Of a DNA stretch of 15,237 bases, positions 1 through 9,636 are shown piece after piece (position 1 is the stretch's first letter; every line of letters starts with the position of its first letter). The translations under genes and the position numbers were made by a program. The notes below the pieces were generated by a model. It saw only the letters and a program-made list of their open reading frames with translations. It was not told the DNA's origin and ran no database searches. This stretch comes from Paraspadella gotoi (taxonomy: Eukaryota > Animalia > Chaetognatha), in assembly GCA_051294375.1 (NCBI GenBank), contig JBJCIZ010001073.1:1-15237 (forward strand), given 5' to 3'.

Positions 1-497
1 GGTTCAGTGGAATTACGAGAAGTGAACTCGATCTGTCTGTACGACAGAAATGGCATAGGACCAGGATAATTGAACGATACATTCATCTTATTCATCTAAC
101 AAACAGACCAAATCACAATTCAATTCACCATGATTCATGTGAAATTTACTTGTTGATTTGGTCTCTTCTATTTGTTAGATGAATAAAGGAAGAATACATT
201 TCGAAATTGCATAATGTCCCAGAGGATATTGAAAGCAATCATGCACTAAAACCTTTCTGAAATAGAAAAAAAAATCATTAGCACTTTACTCTTGTGAGTC
301 GGTCTCCGCCGCTTCCCTAATTACGGTGATAATTCGTAATTTCTTTCCGTAAAACTCTGGGGAAAACAACTTTCACGCCCCACAGTCTTGAATTAGAAAA
401 ATCATTTTATGCCCACAGCTGGAATTAGAAAACATCGAGGATTCAACCTTAAACTCTGGATCGATATCCCCCTTCATCCACTTCGAGGAGCGACAAC

Positions 498-690
498 CTC
501 TCTCTCTAACTCTCTCTCTTCTCTCTCCTTTCTTTCTTTCTTTTCTTTCTATCTTTATTTCTTTCTTCTTCTTCTTTTCTTCTTTCTTTTCTTCTTCTTC
601 TTTCTTTCTTTCTTTATTTCTTTCTTTCTCTTCTCTCTCTCTCTCTCTTCCTCTCTCTCTTCTACTCTCTTCCTCTGACTCTCGTCTCTT
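498..690. repeat. Compound pyrimidine microsatellite (CT)n/(CTT)n/(CTTT)n
   Basis: Seen directly: near-pure C/T tract with CT flanks and a CTT/CTTT core. Confidence 0.95.
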
Positions 691-843
691 CCAGTCTAAT
701 TCTATTTTAGACACGGCAAGAGTTAGTTGACTAGAGGCATTTCCTTTTCGCTTTTCGACAATTGCCAATTTTATTTTTTTTTTGACCCGAAGGCTTGAGT
801 ACATCGGAGCATTAGTCATTTACGATTGTCGTGAAAGATTTCT

Positions 844-912
844 TCGTTGTCGTCATTCGTCATCGTCGTTCATCGTCGTTTCGTCGGCGTCCCCCTCGGC
901 ACCGTCGTCTTC
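844..912. repeat. Degenerate (TCG)n trinucleotide repeat
   Basis: Seen directly: tcgttgtcgtcattcgtcatcgtcgttcatcgtcgtttcgtcggcgtc. Confidence 0.7.
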
Positions 913-1609
913 GTGATTTATTTCGAGCGCCACCTTATGAGTAAAAAGTGGCACGGACTGCGAAATCGGGACTCATGGGTCAAGAGGCGCCCGATGTTTC
1001 GACCAAGGACCAATGACGGAAGGGTCGAAACAGTGGGCCACTTTCATACCGATCCGCCAGATGGCCTGTAACAGTAATGGATGGCGGTCTGTCAAAAACT
1101 CAAATCAAATACGATGAAAGGAATGCAAATCAAATCCTGTTGATAGCTATTCAAGTGGGATTTTGCCTTTACATCAGTTACCGTCTTCCCACCGAGCCGT
1201 CATCTTGCCACGCTCTCTTCGAGCAGCGGGGATTCGTCTCCCCACTCATCCGTCACCTCCGCCTCGCCCTCTTCTCCCCACGCCGTCGTCTCCACACAGA
1301 CCTCTTCTCCCCAAGCCGTCGGTCTCGCCACGCCGTAATGACAAAATGGTTTGCACTCTTAATTTTTTTCGGCCGGAACTTTCGTCGCCGCCAAATGACT
1401 ATTTCCGCGCGCAAGTTCTAGAGCGTCTGTGGGCTTAGGAGGGCCTTTTTTAAGGGGGCATTCAAGGGTCGAAAGTGTCTCCAGAGCGCCAAAATAGGGC
1501 CACGTGGCGGTCGAGAGCGCCCAAGAAGGGCAACGGGCCTCGGGAGTCCGAGCACGTGGATGAGACTTCGCGTCAGTCGCGACTCACTGGGAGGGGGGGA
1601 AGAACAACA

Positions 1610-1753
1610 ATGACAACCCTCGACGAAGACGAACCGACCGACGACAGCGTCCCCTCCTCCACCTTCCACACGCCCTCTTCCCGACCTTTTCGGTCTCACC
1701 GGGCACGACCTCGCCGTCCCGCCCCTTTCGCCCTTTGCCTTCCTTACTTCCGG
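1610..1753 (+). CDS. Possible first coding exon (MTTLDEDEPTDDSVPSS...PYFR), product unknown
   Basis: ATG in ACAACAATG context at 1610, 48 open codons, then GTGAGT donor consensus at 1754 and again at 1765. No homology recognised and no downstream exon assigned. Confidence 0.2.
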
Positions 1754-2221
1754 GTGAGTTCGAGGTGAGTCTCGGGTCAGAGTTTCCCCCCGCTGACAAA
1801 GTATCGCCTTCTTTCTCTGGCAGGGTCTGACCTTCACTCTTGACGCGGCCCCGTTTCCCTCATTTGTCCTCCCTCAACCTCCCTGCCTTTTCTTTGTTCT
1901 CACTTCCATACACAGAGAGAAAGACCCCCAACTCGTTTTCGATAATCATCAAGATACTGATTCACCTAATTATAGATCTCCCTGTGGATTCTCAATACCT
2001 TTTTTTTTTTTATTTTCACTTCCATCCATCCGCCCCGCTCCAGGCGCCTGTCAACAATCTCTTCACCCTCTTTCCTTGTGCTCCAGCTGGCCTAATACTC
2101 AGCTCCCCCCTACCCCCCCCGACCGCCCCCCCCTCTCTCTCCTCGAGTGGCCAGACTCCTTCATCCGCCGATTCTACCCCTTGTCTCCCAATCGAAGAGT
2201 TATTTTCGTCGAACTCTTGTT

Positions 2222-2254
2222 TCGTCGTCGTCGTCGGTCCGTCGTTCGTCGTCG
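2222..2254. repeat. (TCG)n microsatellite
   Basis: Seen directly: tcgtcgtcgtcgtcggtccgtcgttcgtcgtcg. Confidence 0.8.
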
Positions 2255-2289
2255 ATTTCTGAGCAGATAATCTCGGAGGCGATTCGGAT

Positions 2290-2581
2290 CTTTCTATCTT
2301 TCTATCTTTCTATTCTCTCATCCACTTTTCTCTCTTTCTCCCCATCATTCTCTTTTCTTTCTCCACTGCTATCTGTCTCTCTTCACTTCTCCGAAGCTTC
2401 TCCTCTCTCTTTTCCCACTTTCAAACTCCCTCCCCCTATCACACTCCTCTCTCTCTCTTCTCACTCTGCTCACTCTCTCTCCTCTCGTCATCTTCTCTTC
2501 TTTGCTTCTCCTGCTCTCTCTTCTCTCTCTTCGCTCTCTCCTCTTTCTCTCTTCTCTCCTCCCTTCTTACTTTCCATCTTT
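2290..2581. repeat. Degenerate CT-rich low-complexity tract
   Basis: Seen directly: about 290 nt dominated by CT/CTT units. Confidence 0.9.
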
Positions 2582-3398
2582 CACGCGGGGAAATCGCATT
2601 CGTTTTAATTCCGCTTTTTAAGGAACTTCGATCTCGAGTTTTACGACGACGAACAAAAGCGTCAAGGGTTCGAGTCTCAGACTGACATTTTGATTAGAGT
2701 TTGCGCCAGGGGTTCGAGCCAGTTCGACCATCTTTATAAAACGGTTTTAATTCCAAAAACTTACCTAACTTATTTGCGACGTGTCATCGCTGTTAATTTA
2801 CTCAAGATGAAGATCGCCCCAAACTGCAGTGAGATCAGCTTGACAGTCGCCTCATAAACTTTGGCGAATTGTATTGTTTCGACTTTAAAGTCAAATGCTT
2901 AAGATTAACATTTGATTTGACGCATCGACGATACTTGTCCTTTTTCAACGAGCCTCTCTCGCTTTGGCTGGCATTCCAGTCTGGTTATATTTCTCAGTTT
3001 CCGATTACATATTTCACGATTAATGAATAATTCGAAGTCTATCAATTTTGTAATTTCAGTAAAAGCCTTAGCGGTTATACTCGGTATTCACTCACGTACA
3101 TCTTACTTCTCAAAATTCTTTTACTTACTCAATGCCTCACCAAACCTTACTTCCCCTTCCTTCATCCAACGCCTCCCCGTCGCCTCCTTCTGTCTCCGTA
3201 GAGGCGCGGCGACCCCGATCGAAGAGAGACCGTTTTAAACGATTCGACCGACATCGGCGAACGCGTCTCCGTTTGGGAAACAGGACGGTCGCCATTGCAC
3301 GCAGTCGCCAGATGGCCGGCGACTCGAAAGACATCCGAAATAATGATGTTTCTTTCTGCCTTTCTCCTTCTTGCGATGGAAGCGTGAGAAGGGGCGGG

Positions 3399-3716
3399 AA
3401 GAGAGAGAGAGAGATGAGAAAGAGAAGAGACGAGAGGAAAAGAAAAGAAAGAAGAAAGAAAGAAAGAGGGAGAGAGGAGAGATCAAGGAAAAGAGATGAG
3501 AGAAAAGAAAGAGAGAGAGAGAGAGAGACGAGAAGAGAGAGCAGAGAGAGAGGAGAGAGAGAGAGAAGAGAGCAAAAGAGGAGAGAGAGAAGAGAAGAGA
3601 GAGAGAAAGAAAAGAGGATAAGCTGAGGAGAGAGAGAAAGAGAAAAAGAATGATAAGGGAGGATGAGAGAGAAAAGAGAGAGAGAGAAATGAGAGAGAGA
3701 GACAGAAGAGAGCGAG

Positions 3717-3748
<32 letters not shown>

Positions 3749-3783
3749 AGAGACAGAGAGAGAGAGAGAGAGAAGAGAAAGAG
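3399..3783. repeat. Long compound (AG)n/(AAAG)n microsatellite
   Basis: Seen directly: about 385 nt near-pure purine tract. Confidence 0.95.
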
Positions 3784-5113
3784 GGGCCTTCACCATTCAA
3801 TTGCGTAACTAAAACTGACTATATATCAAATTAGATTTTGTATTCGTTACTAAATATTCACTGATAATCCTATTTCATACAAAACGTCTCTCTGAATGCG
3901 AACGCACGCAAAATCGAGTAATTTCTCACAGATTTCCTTTCATTAAAATCTACAGGAAACTTGTAATTTAATTAGATGCAAGTAAACATTTCAAACCACA
4001 AGAAATAACCGACGGTCCTGATAATATTTCAGTGATGCCGGTCTCAATCGAGATATAGGTTTTCTACTTTTGATTTTCTATCGAGAATCGACCGATTCAT
4101 AAAAAAAAATCAGAAAAGGAGTCGTTTCATCTGTCAATTTCGATCGTAATTAAAGCAGACCTTCTCATCCCTCGTTCACTTTTCTCTCGCTCATTCGGCT
4201 CCAAAAATTTACTCCGCCGTCAAACGTCGCTCTTACCTTCATCCGCGTCCCAAGAGGCCAACACGCTCTGGCTCTCACCCTCGCAATCTCCCATTATACT
4301 CGTTAAAAGAGCAGCAAATCCTTCTGCTCTTTCTCCCCAACCCCTTTATTTGTTTGGTCTCATCCTCTACCCTCGTCCCGTTACTCTCCCCACCCCCGCA
4401 CTCCCCCACCCTTCAAACCTTCACCGAGCGGTTCCCCCCCTTTCCCATGAATTCGCATGAAAGAAGAAAAAAGATCATAAGACGATAAAAACATTCACCA
4501 TAAACTGCGTCCCGCATTAAAGCGTCAGACTCGAACATTAAGAGCCCGGGTAGGCGGCGGGGAAAGGGGGGTTGGGATATTAAAAGGGGGGGAGACGAAG
4601 GGTGTGAAGGGAGGGCGTAACGCGGAGACGCTTACCGTCTTGTTGAACCGCGTCGTTCCTCCTAAATTCATTTCTGGACCGTCTGCTCCGTATCTTTGGC
4701 GGAAACAGTTTGTAACCTTCTGGCCGATTCTAATATATTCGCGCGGTTCTTTTATAATTCCATCGCCCTTCCTTGCTTAAATGTAATTAAAGCATAATCG
4801 ACGCTACCGATCCTTTTATCCACGCCCCCTCTCCCCTTCCCCTCCACCTTATCTCCCCCTCCCCTTTTCAAAACCTTCCCATTCTTGGAAATTCGACGAG
4901 ATCCTCCGCCCACGTCGGCGGGTACCAGAATCGGCCACGCCCTCCAGCCGTGGCCCTTTGCCCTTCTGTCCCTTTTCAGGATGGCGGGGTAAGTCTCTGG
5001 GGTGTCGCTTCTGGCTCGAAGGGGCGTGAGGTTGGGAATGAGGGCAGGCGTGATGAAAAGGCGGAGCTGGAAGTGGGTATCGCGACGAGTTATGCGACAG
5101 GCCGCTCGACCCA

Positions 5114-5169
5114 GAGAGAGAAGAGAGGAGAGAAGAGAATCGAGGAGAGAGAGAGAGAGAGAGAGAGAC

Positions 5170-5211
<42 letters not shown>

Positions 5212-5241
5212 CATGGGAGAGAGAGAAGAGTGAGAGTGAGA
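5114..5241. repeat. (AG)n microsatellite
   Basis: Seen directly. Confidence 0.95.
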
Positions 5242-5841
5242 GGCCAGAACGAGGTCAAGACTCTCGGGCCTCTTCATCACGGACAGACGTCGTTTGCCTC
5301 CAGTCGTTTCGTCAGTTTTTTCGGCCTTCGCTCTCTCGTTTCGTCCGCTTCTTTGTTCCGCTTTCGTTGAAAAAATCCGCTCGCAAGCGCCGCTCTTTGT
5401 AGTCGTTTCAGAAAGTAAAAAGTAGATTGTCTTGTCTCAACCAAAGGATCTTAAGCACATCGTGGAGTCTGATACTCACCCAGGATCTCAAAAGAAATTC
5501 AGAATTTCTATTCCTGTTAGAGCCTTTGCTTTAGGTTTTATCCTCAACAAAAAACAAGAATAAACTGAGTAAGAAAACTCATCAAGCGACAATGTCAAAG
5601 GATGTTTGCTCTTTTTTCACCTGTTTAAAAAAAGCCCCCAACTTTCCGGGGTCCTTCGGGAAAAAAAATATTTTTTTTTTTATTTTTTTTTTTCCTTTGG
5701 TCCCCCAAACCTGGCCCCCTTTAAAGTTCGGAAAAGGGCCGACCATCTTTCTTTTTCTGAGGACCGCATATTTTTTTTAGTAATACTTTTTTATTCAGTA
5801 TCTCTGGGACTGTTTTATCGCGTCGCTTACGTTCCTTTAAA

Positions 5842-5849
5842 CTCTCTCT

Positions 5850-5903
<54 letters not shown>

Positions 5904-5920
5904 CTCTCTTCTCTCTTCTT
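5842..5920. repeat. (CT)n microsatellite
   Basis: Seen directly; long near-perfect core. Confidence 0.97.
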
Positions 5921-6290
5921 CACCAATGACTTTGGGCCAACGCGTCGCATGCCAAAAATGACGGTAACGATGCGGACGCCGAAGCAAGATGGCGTCGCGA
6001 TGAATCCGTCACGAAAAAAAAAATAAATTTCACAAAAAAAATAAAGAGATGAAATCGCGCAAGTTTTTTTTCTTCGGTCAAAAGGCGAGGCAAAAAAAAG
6101 CAATGGCATGGCTCGATAATGCCTATTACCCAAGTAAAGCTATTTTTAAAAAAGCTGTGATCTTTTGCGAATTATAAAAAATGAGGCGTGGTAAGCGGAA
6201 AATGGAAGGAGGCGGACGATTTTAAAAAGTAGCAACATTAAAATAGGCCGACGTGGAGTACTTTGGCTTAGAAAGGTTTAGCGATTTATT

Positions 6291-6360
6291 GAGAGAGAGA
6301 AGAGAGAGAAGAGAGAGAGAGAGGAGAGATGATGACGAGAGAGAGAGAAGAGAGAGAGAG
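6291..6360. repeat. (AG)n microsatellite
   Basis: Seen directly. Confidence 0.93.
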
Positions 6361-6476
6361 TAGACAATGGTTGGGTGAGATGGAATTCGAAAGGAAAAGC
6401 TTCTTTTTTGGGGATGGACTTGAGTCTCTAGGAAAATGTCGCTTCCCTCAAATTCCCTAGGGTTGTTCCTAGAGAG

Positions 6477-6479
<3 letters not shown>

Positions 6480-6524
<45 letters not shown>

Positions 6525-6564
6525 CGAGAGAGAGAGAGGAGAGAGAGAGAGAGAAAGAGAGAGA
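6480..6564. repeat. (AG)n microsatellite
   Basis: Seen directly. Confidence 0.96.
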
Positions 6565-8456
6565 TTATTCTCTTGAAAAGGAAGGGACACAAGGAAAATC
6601 ATCACAAACTGTCACGTTTTCTTGAAAAAGCTTTTTCTTTTTCACATTTCTCTCCTCTTTCGCATCTTCATGACGCCTTAAATAACAAGTTTTTTTCCCC
6701 TGTATAAAACAAACCGCGTATTTTTTTTTGACGCCTTTGCAACTGGGAGACGTTTGTTGATTTTATAGTAGGAATCCGTATGTCAACTGTTTCTCGGGAA
6801 AAGAGGCTATCGAACTTTGTGCAATGACTAAATTTCGTTAAAAGTTTTTAATGCTGATATTTATTATACTGCTGTGGTTTAAAAAAGTATATTTAAAATT
6901 ACTGAAATACTGATTTTTGAAATACTGAATACGTATACTGAATGTTCCTCTGTTTTCGATATCTAAACTTTTTACAGAAAGTTGCAAAGCTTTGCTCACC
7001 CTTGCTGATAGAAAAATGAGGAAAAGAAACAAACAGACCGTTTTTATTATTAAATGAAAAAGCAAAGCACATAAACTATAAAATCTGAAAATCTAGTATA
7101 TTGATTGAAAGTTATTATTATTAACTGAAGAGGTGCGTTTTAGATAATAAGCCAAGCTTTTTTCTATATAATTTATAGAAAAATAAAAAGAATAAAATAA
7201 CAAAGAGAGGGCATTTCTTCCTTCAACGGCTCTGGTGACGACGAGACACGCCAACCCCAAGGTAACAAAGCTGACAAGAAAAGTCGGCCGTGTCCTCGCT
7301 CAGAAAATTTCCTTTGCTTTTGTTTCAGGAAAAGGAAAAAAATATATCTACAAATTAATTGTGCTTCCATTTTAAATTTATTTTTAATATCTAATTCTCA
7401 AATTTAATCGTAATGTTTCTGTTGTCTGTCGGTGTTCATTCTCCCAGCAAATTGGAAAAATGAGTGGTGTGTCATATCAATTTTAGCAAATATCGTTAAA
7501 TCACTAGAATAATTTTTAATAAAATAAAAAGCTTGTGACTTTATTTAGACGCCGGTTTCGGAGTCGTGGGCGTTCCAACGACGTCCTTCGGGAAGACAGG
7601 GACGATACGATTCGACATTCGCGCCGCCTCTGAGGTCCGTTTTTATAACAAATTGAAAATCCCGCAATTTCGTGCACTTTGAAGTTATATGGGGCAACAA
7701 TTTTATTTTCCTATAAATGTTGAAAGCAAACCTACTAATAACGAAGACGAAGGATTCATTCGACCTTAGGTTTATAGATGTGTTGGAATGTAGATGAGTG
7801 CCAGATTTACACCCCGTGACTTATTTATCTTGCATTATAACTGCCCCTCACTGTTCCAGATGCGACCTCGTCTTGCCGAGAAAAAACTGATTCGATCGAG
7901 TTGTGATTTATGTGGAAGACACAAAAGCGTGAGAATTTTACCCGTATGAAGTGAAAAAGCTTTTTTTAAGAAAATTTCACTTCCTTCCTCGAGCAACAAC
8001 GGCCGATTAGCGGACGAACTTCTCGTCACCAACCTCCGTCTTTTGTGGCACTCGGAAACGCAGACAGAGTCAATTCTCCCTATTGGTTTCAACTGCCGTG
8101 CTCAAGTATGGGGATTCGAGAAATTGGGAATTGGGGATGGGGATTTTGGTTCCTGTGTCATTCGAGGTGTGATTGTTGAGCCGCGCGTATTATAATATCT
8201 TTAAAGTAAACTAGGAGGTTTCAATGATGTATGTTATTCTAAATTTTATTGCGTTATTGTTTGCGTATTATTTGTATTGAAAATATTTCTTATTATTAAT
8301 ATTTCCTTTCTTTCAGCTTCCAAGCTGAAATCTGCGACGTCCAGATTTCGTGGCACAAACTGAGGCCTTACATCTCACCAAAGTGAACAACACGAGGTCG
8401 GTTCATATTGGTTTAGAGTTAGCGCCAATGTTGTAACCAGGGAGGTTGAATAACTT

Positions 8457-8483
8457 TTAATTAATTAATTAATTAACATTAAT
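8457..8483. repeat. (TTAA)n short tandem repeat
   Basis: Seen directly: ttaattaattaattaattaacattaat. Confidence 0.8.
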
Positions 8484-8798
8484 CAAGTAAAATTGATTAT
8501 AGACAAATATACTTTAACGTCAATCTCAAGCAAACATAAATTTGATAATGAATGCATCATGCAATTTATATTATTAGCCAAAAAGATTAGGTGATTTTTT
8601 GTTGTTTTTTTTTAATTGATTCCGAACAATTTTTGGTTAAATGCCACCTTATTTTATTTCATATTGAAATAATATAACCCAATTGATGAATTATGTTTAA
8701 TGGTTAACAAACACAAATAAAGTAAAATATACATAAAGCAATTTAAGGAATTAAAAGACTCCAACTTCTTTACCTCATCCTAACTCAACGACCCTCAG

Positions 8799-9305
8799 GT
8801 TCTCCTCCAATCAGGATTCGGAGTTCATCTTCAACTCTCCTCGTTTTCTCCTCCAATCAGAATTTGAGTTTATCTCACTCTCCCGAGTTCATCTTCACCT
8901 CTCCCAGTTTGCTCTCCAATCAGATTTGGGTTCATCTTTAACATTCCCTTTTTTTCCTCCAATCAAAATTCGAGTTCATCTTCACTCTCCCATTTCTTCT
9001 CCAATCAGATTCAAGTTTCTCTTCACTCTCCGCGTTTTCTCCTCCAATCAGATTCAAGTTCATCTTCACTCTCCCGGTTTCTCCTCCAAATCAGATTTCG
9101 AGTTCATCTTCACTCTCCTGTTTTCTCCTCCAATCAGATTTGAGTTCATCCTCACTCTTCCCGAGTTTATCTTCACTCTCCCGTTTTCTCCTCCAATCAA
9201 GATTCGAGTCATCTTCACTCTCCCGTTTTCTTCTACCTCCAATCAGATTCAAGTTCATCTTCCACTCTCCAGTTTCTCCTCCAATCAGATTCGAGTTCAT
9301 CTTCA
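8799..9305. repeat. 42-bp minisatellite, 11 units plus two 21-bp half-unit duplications; consensus TTCTCCTCCAATCAGATTCGAGTTCATCTTCACTCTCCCGTT
   Basis: CCAATC-type anchors at about 8807, 8853, 8916, 8959, 9001, 9044, 9086, 9130, 9193, 9239 and 9281, giving spacings 46,63,43,42,43,42,44,63,46,42. Confidence 0.96.
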
Positions 9306-9530
9306 ACCAATCTCGTCCCCGGATCTTCCGCGTTCTTTTCCTCCGTCATCTCCGTCCATCGCGCCTTCGAGACGTCCAAGGCTCTTCAGGGCGAAGTCAA
9401 GCTAAGATCCTGCCGTCGTCAGGGACAAGCAGTTGTGCTGCTGCCGAAGGAAGGAGATCATTCAACAAGGTGAGGTGCTTGTATTCTCTGAATCGAAGCT
9501 GTCGCTGTCGCTTGAGACAACGCCCAACAC
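8799..9530 (-). CDS. Candidate frameshifted coding segment with a 14-aa repeat RESEDELESDWRRK (unknown protein)
   Basis: Unit length 42 and sub-duplication 21 are both multiples of 3, and ORF 9091..9306 shows DWRRKRESEDKLGKSEDELKSDWRRKQESEDELE. The adjacent GC-richer unique block 9306-9530 yields protein-like pieces (SSDSDSFDSENTS / LLNDLLPSAAAQLLVPDDGRIL / DFALKSLGRLEGAMDGDDGGKERGRSGDEI) only if several indels are assumed. Confidence 0.3.
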
Positions 9531-9636
9531 TTTTTTTTTTCTTTCTTCTTTTCTTTCTTTTTCTTTTTTTCTTTCCTTTCTTTCTTTCTTCTTTCTTTCT
9601 TCTTCTTTCTTTCTTTCTTTTCTTTCTTTCTTTCTC
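9531..9636. repeat. (CTTT)n microsatellite with poly-T start
   Basis: Seen directly. Confidence 0.95.

Noticed and set aside
2667-2729. B-box/T-loop-like GGTTCGAG motifs (2667, 2711) suggesting tRNA or SINE
   Set aside because: No A-box, cloverleaf stems or tail could be found.
4146-4794. Identical 12-mer GTAATTAAAGCA at 4146 and 4783 (homeodomain-like site)
   Set aside because: Several 12-mer duplicates are expected by chance in 15 kb of AT-rich DNA.
373-6605. Many long ORFs rich in ER/RE or LS/SL dipeptides
   Set aside because: They are translations of (AG)n/(CT)n microsatellites, which lack stop codons by composition.
6880-7010. Intact mir-iab-4 precursor gene
   Set aside because: No complementary arm on either side of the 15-nt match; kept only as a finding.
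6623-7965. TGAAAAAGCTTTTT at 6623 and 7952
   Set aside because: Low-complexity A/T-run palindrome; chance is likely.
7835-8092. 85-aa minus-strand ORF
   Set aside because: Non-ATG start, no recognisable motif and no supporting splice structure.
8799-9305. CRISPR-like array
   Set aside because: Units are contiguous with no unique spacers, there are no cas genes, and the context is eukaryotic.
8926-9405. Plus-strand 159-aa ORF over the 42-bp array
   Set aside because: All plus frames of the consensus are stop-free and the ORF drifts between unit frames, so its length is uninformative; it also lacks an ATG start.
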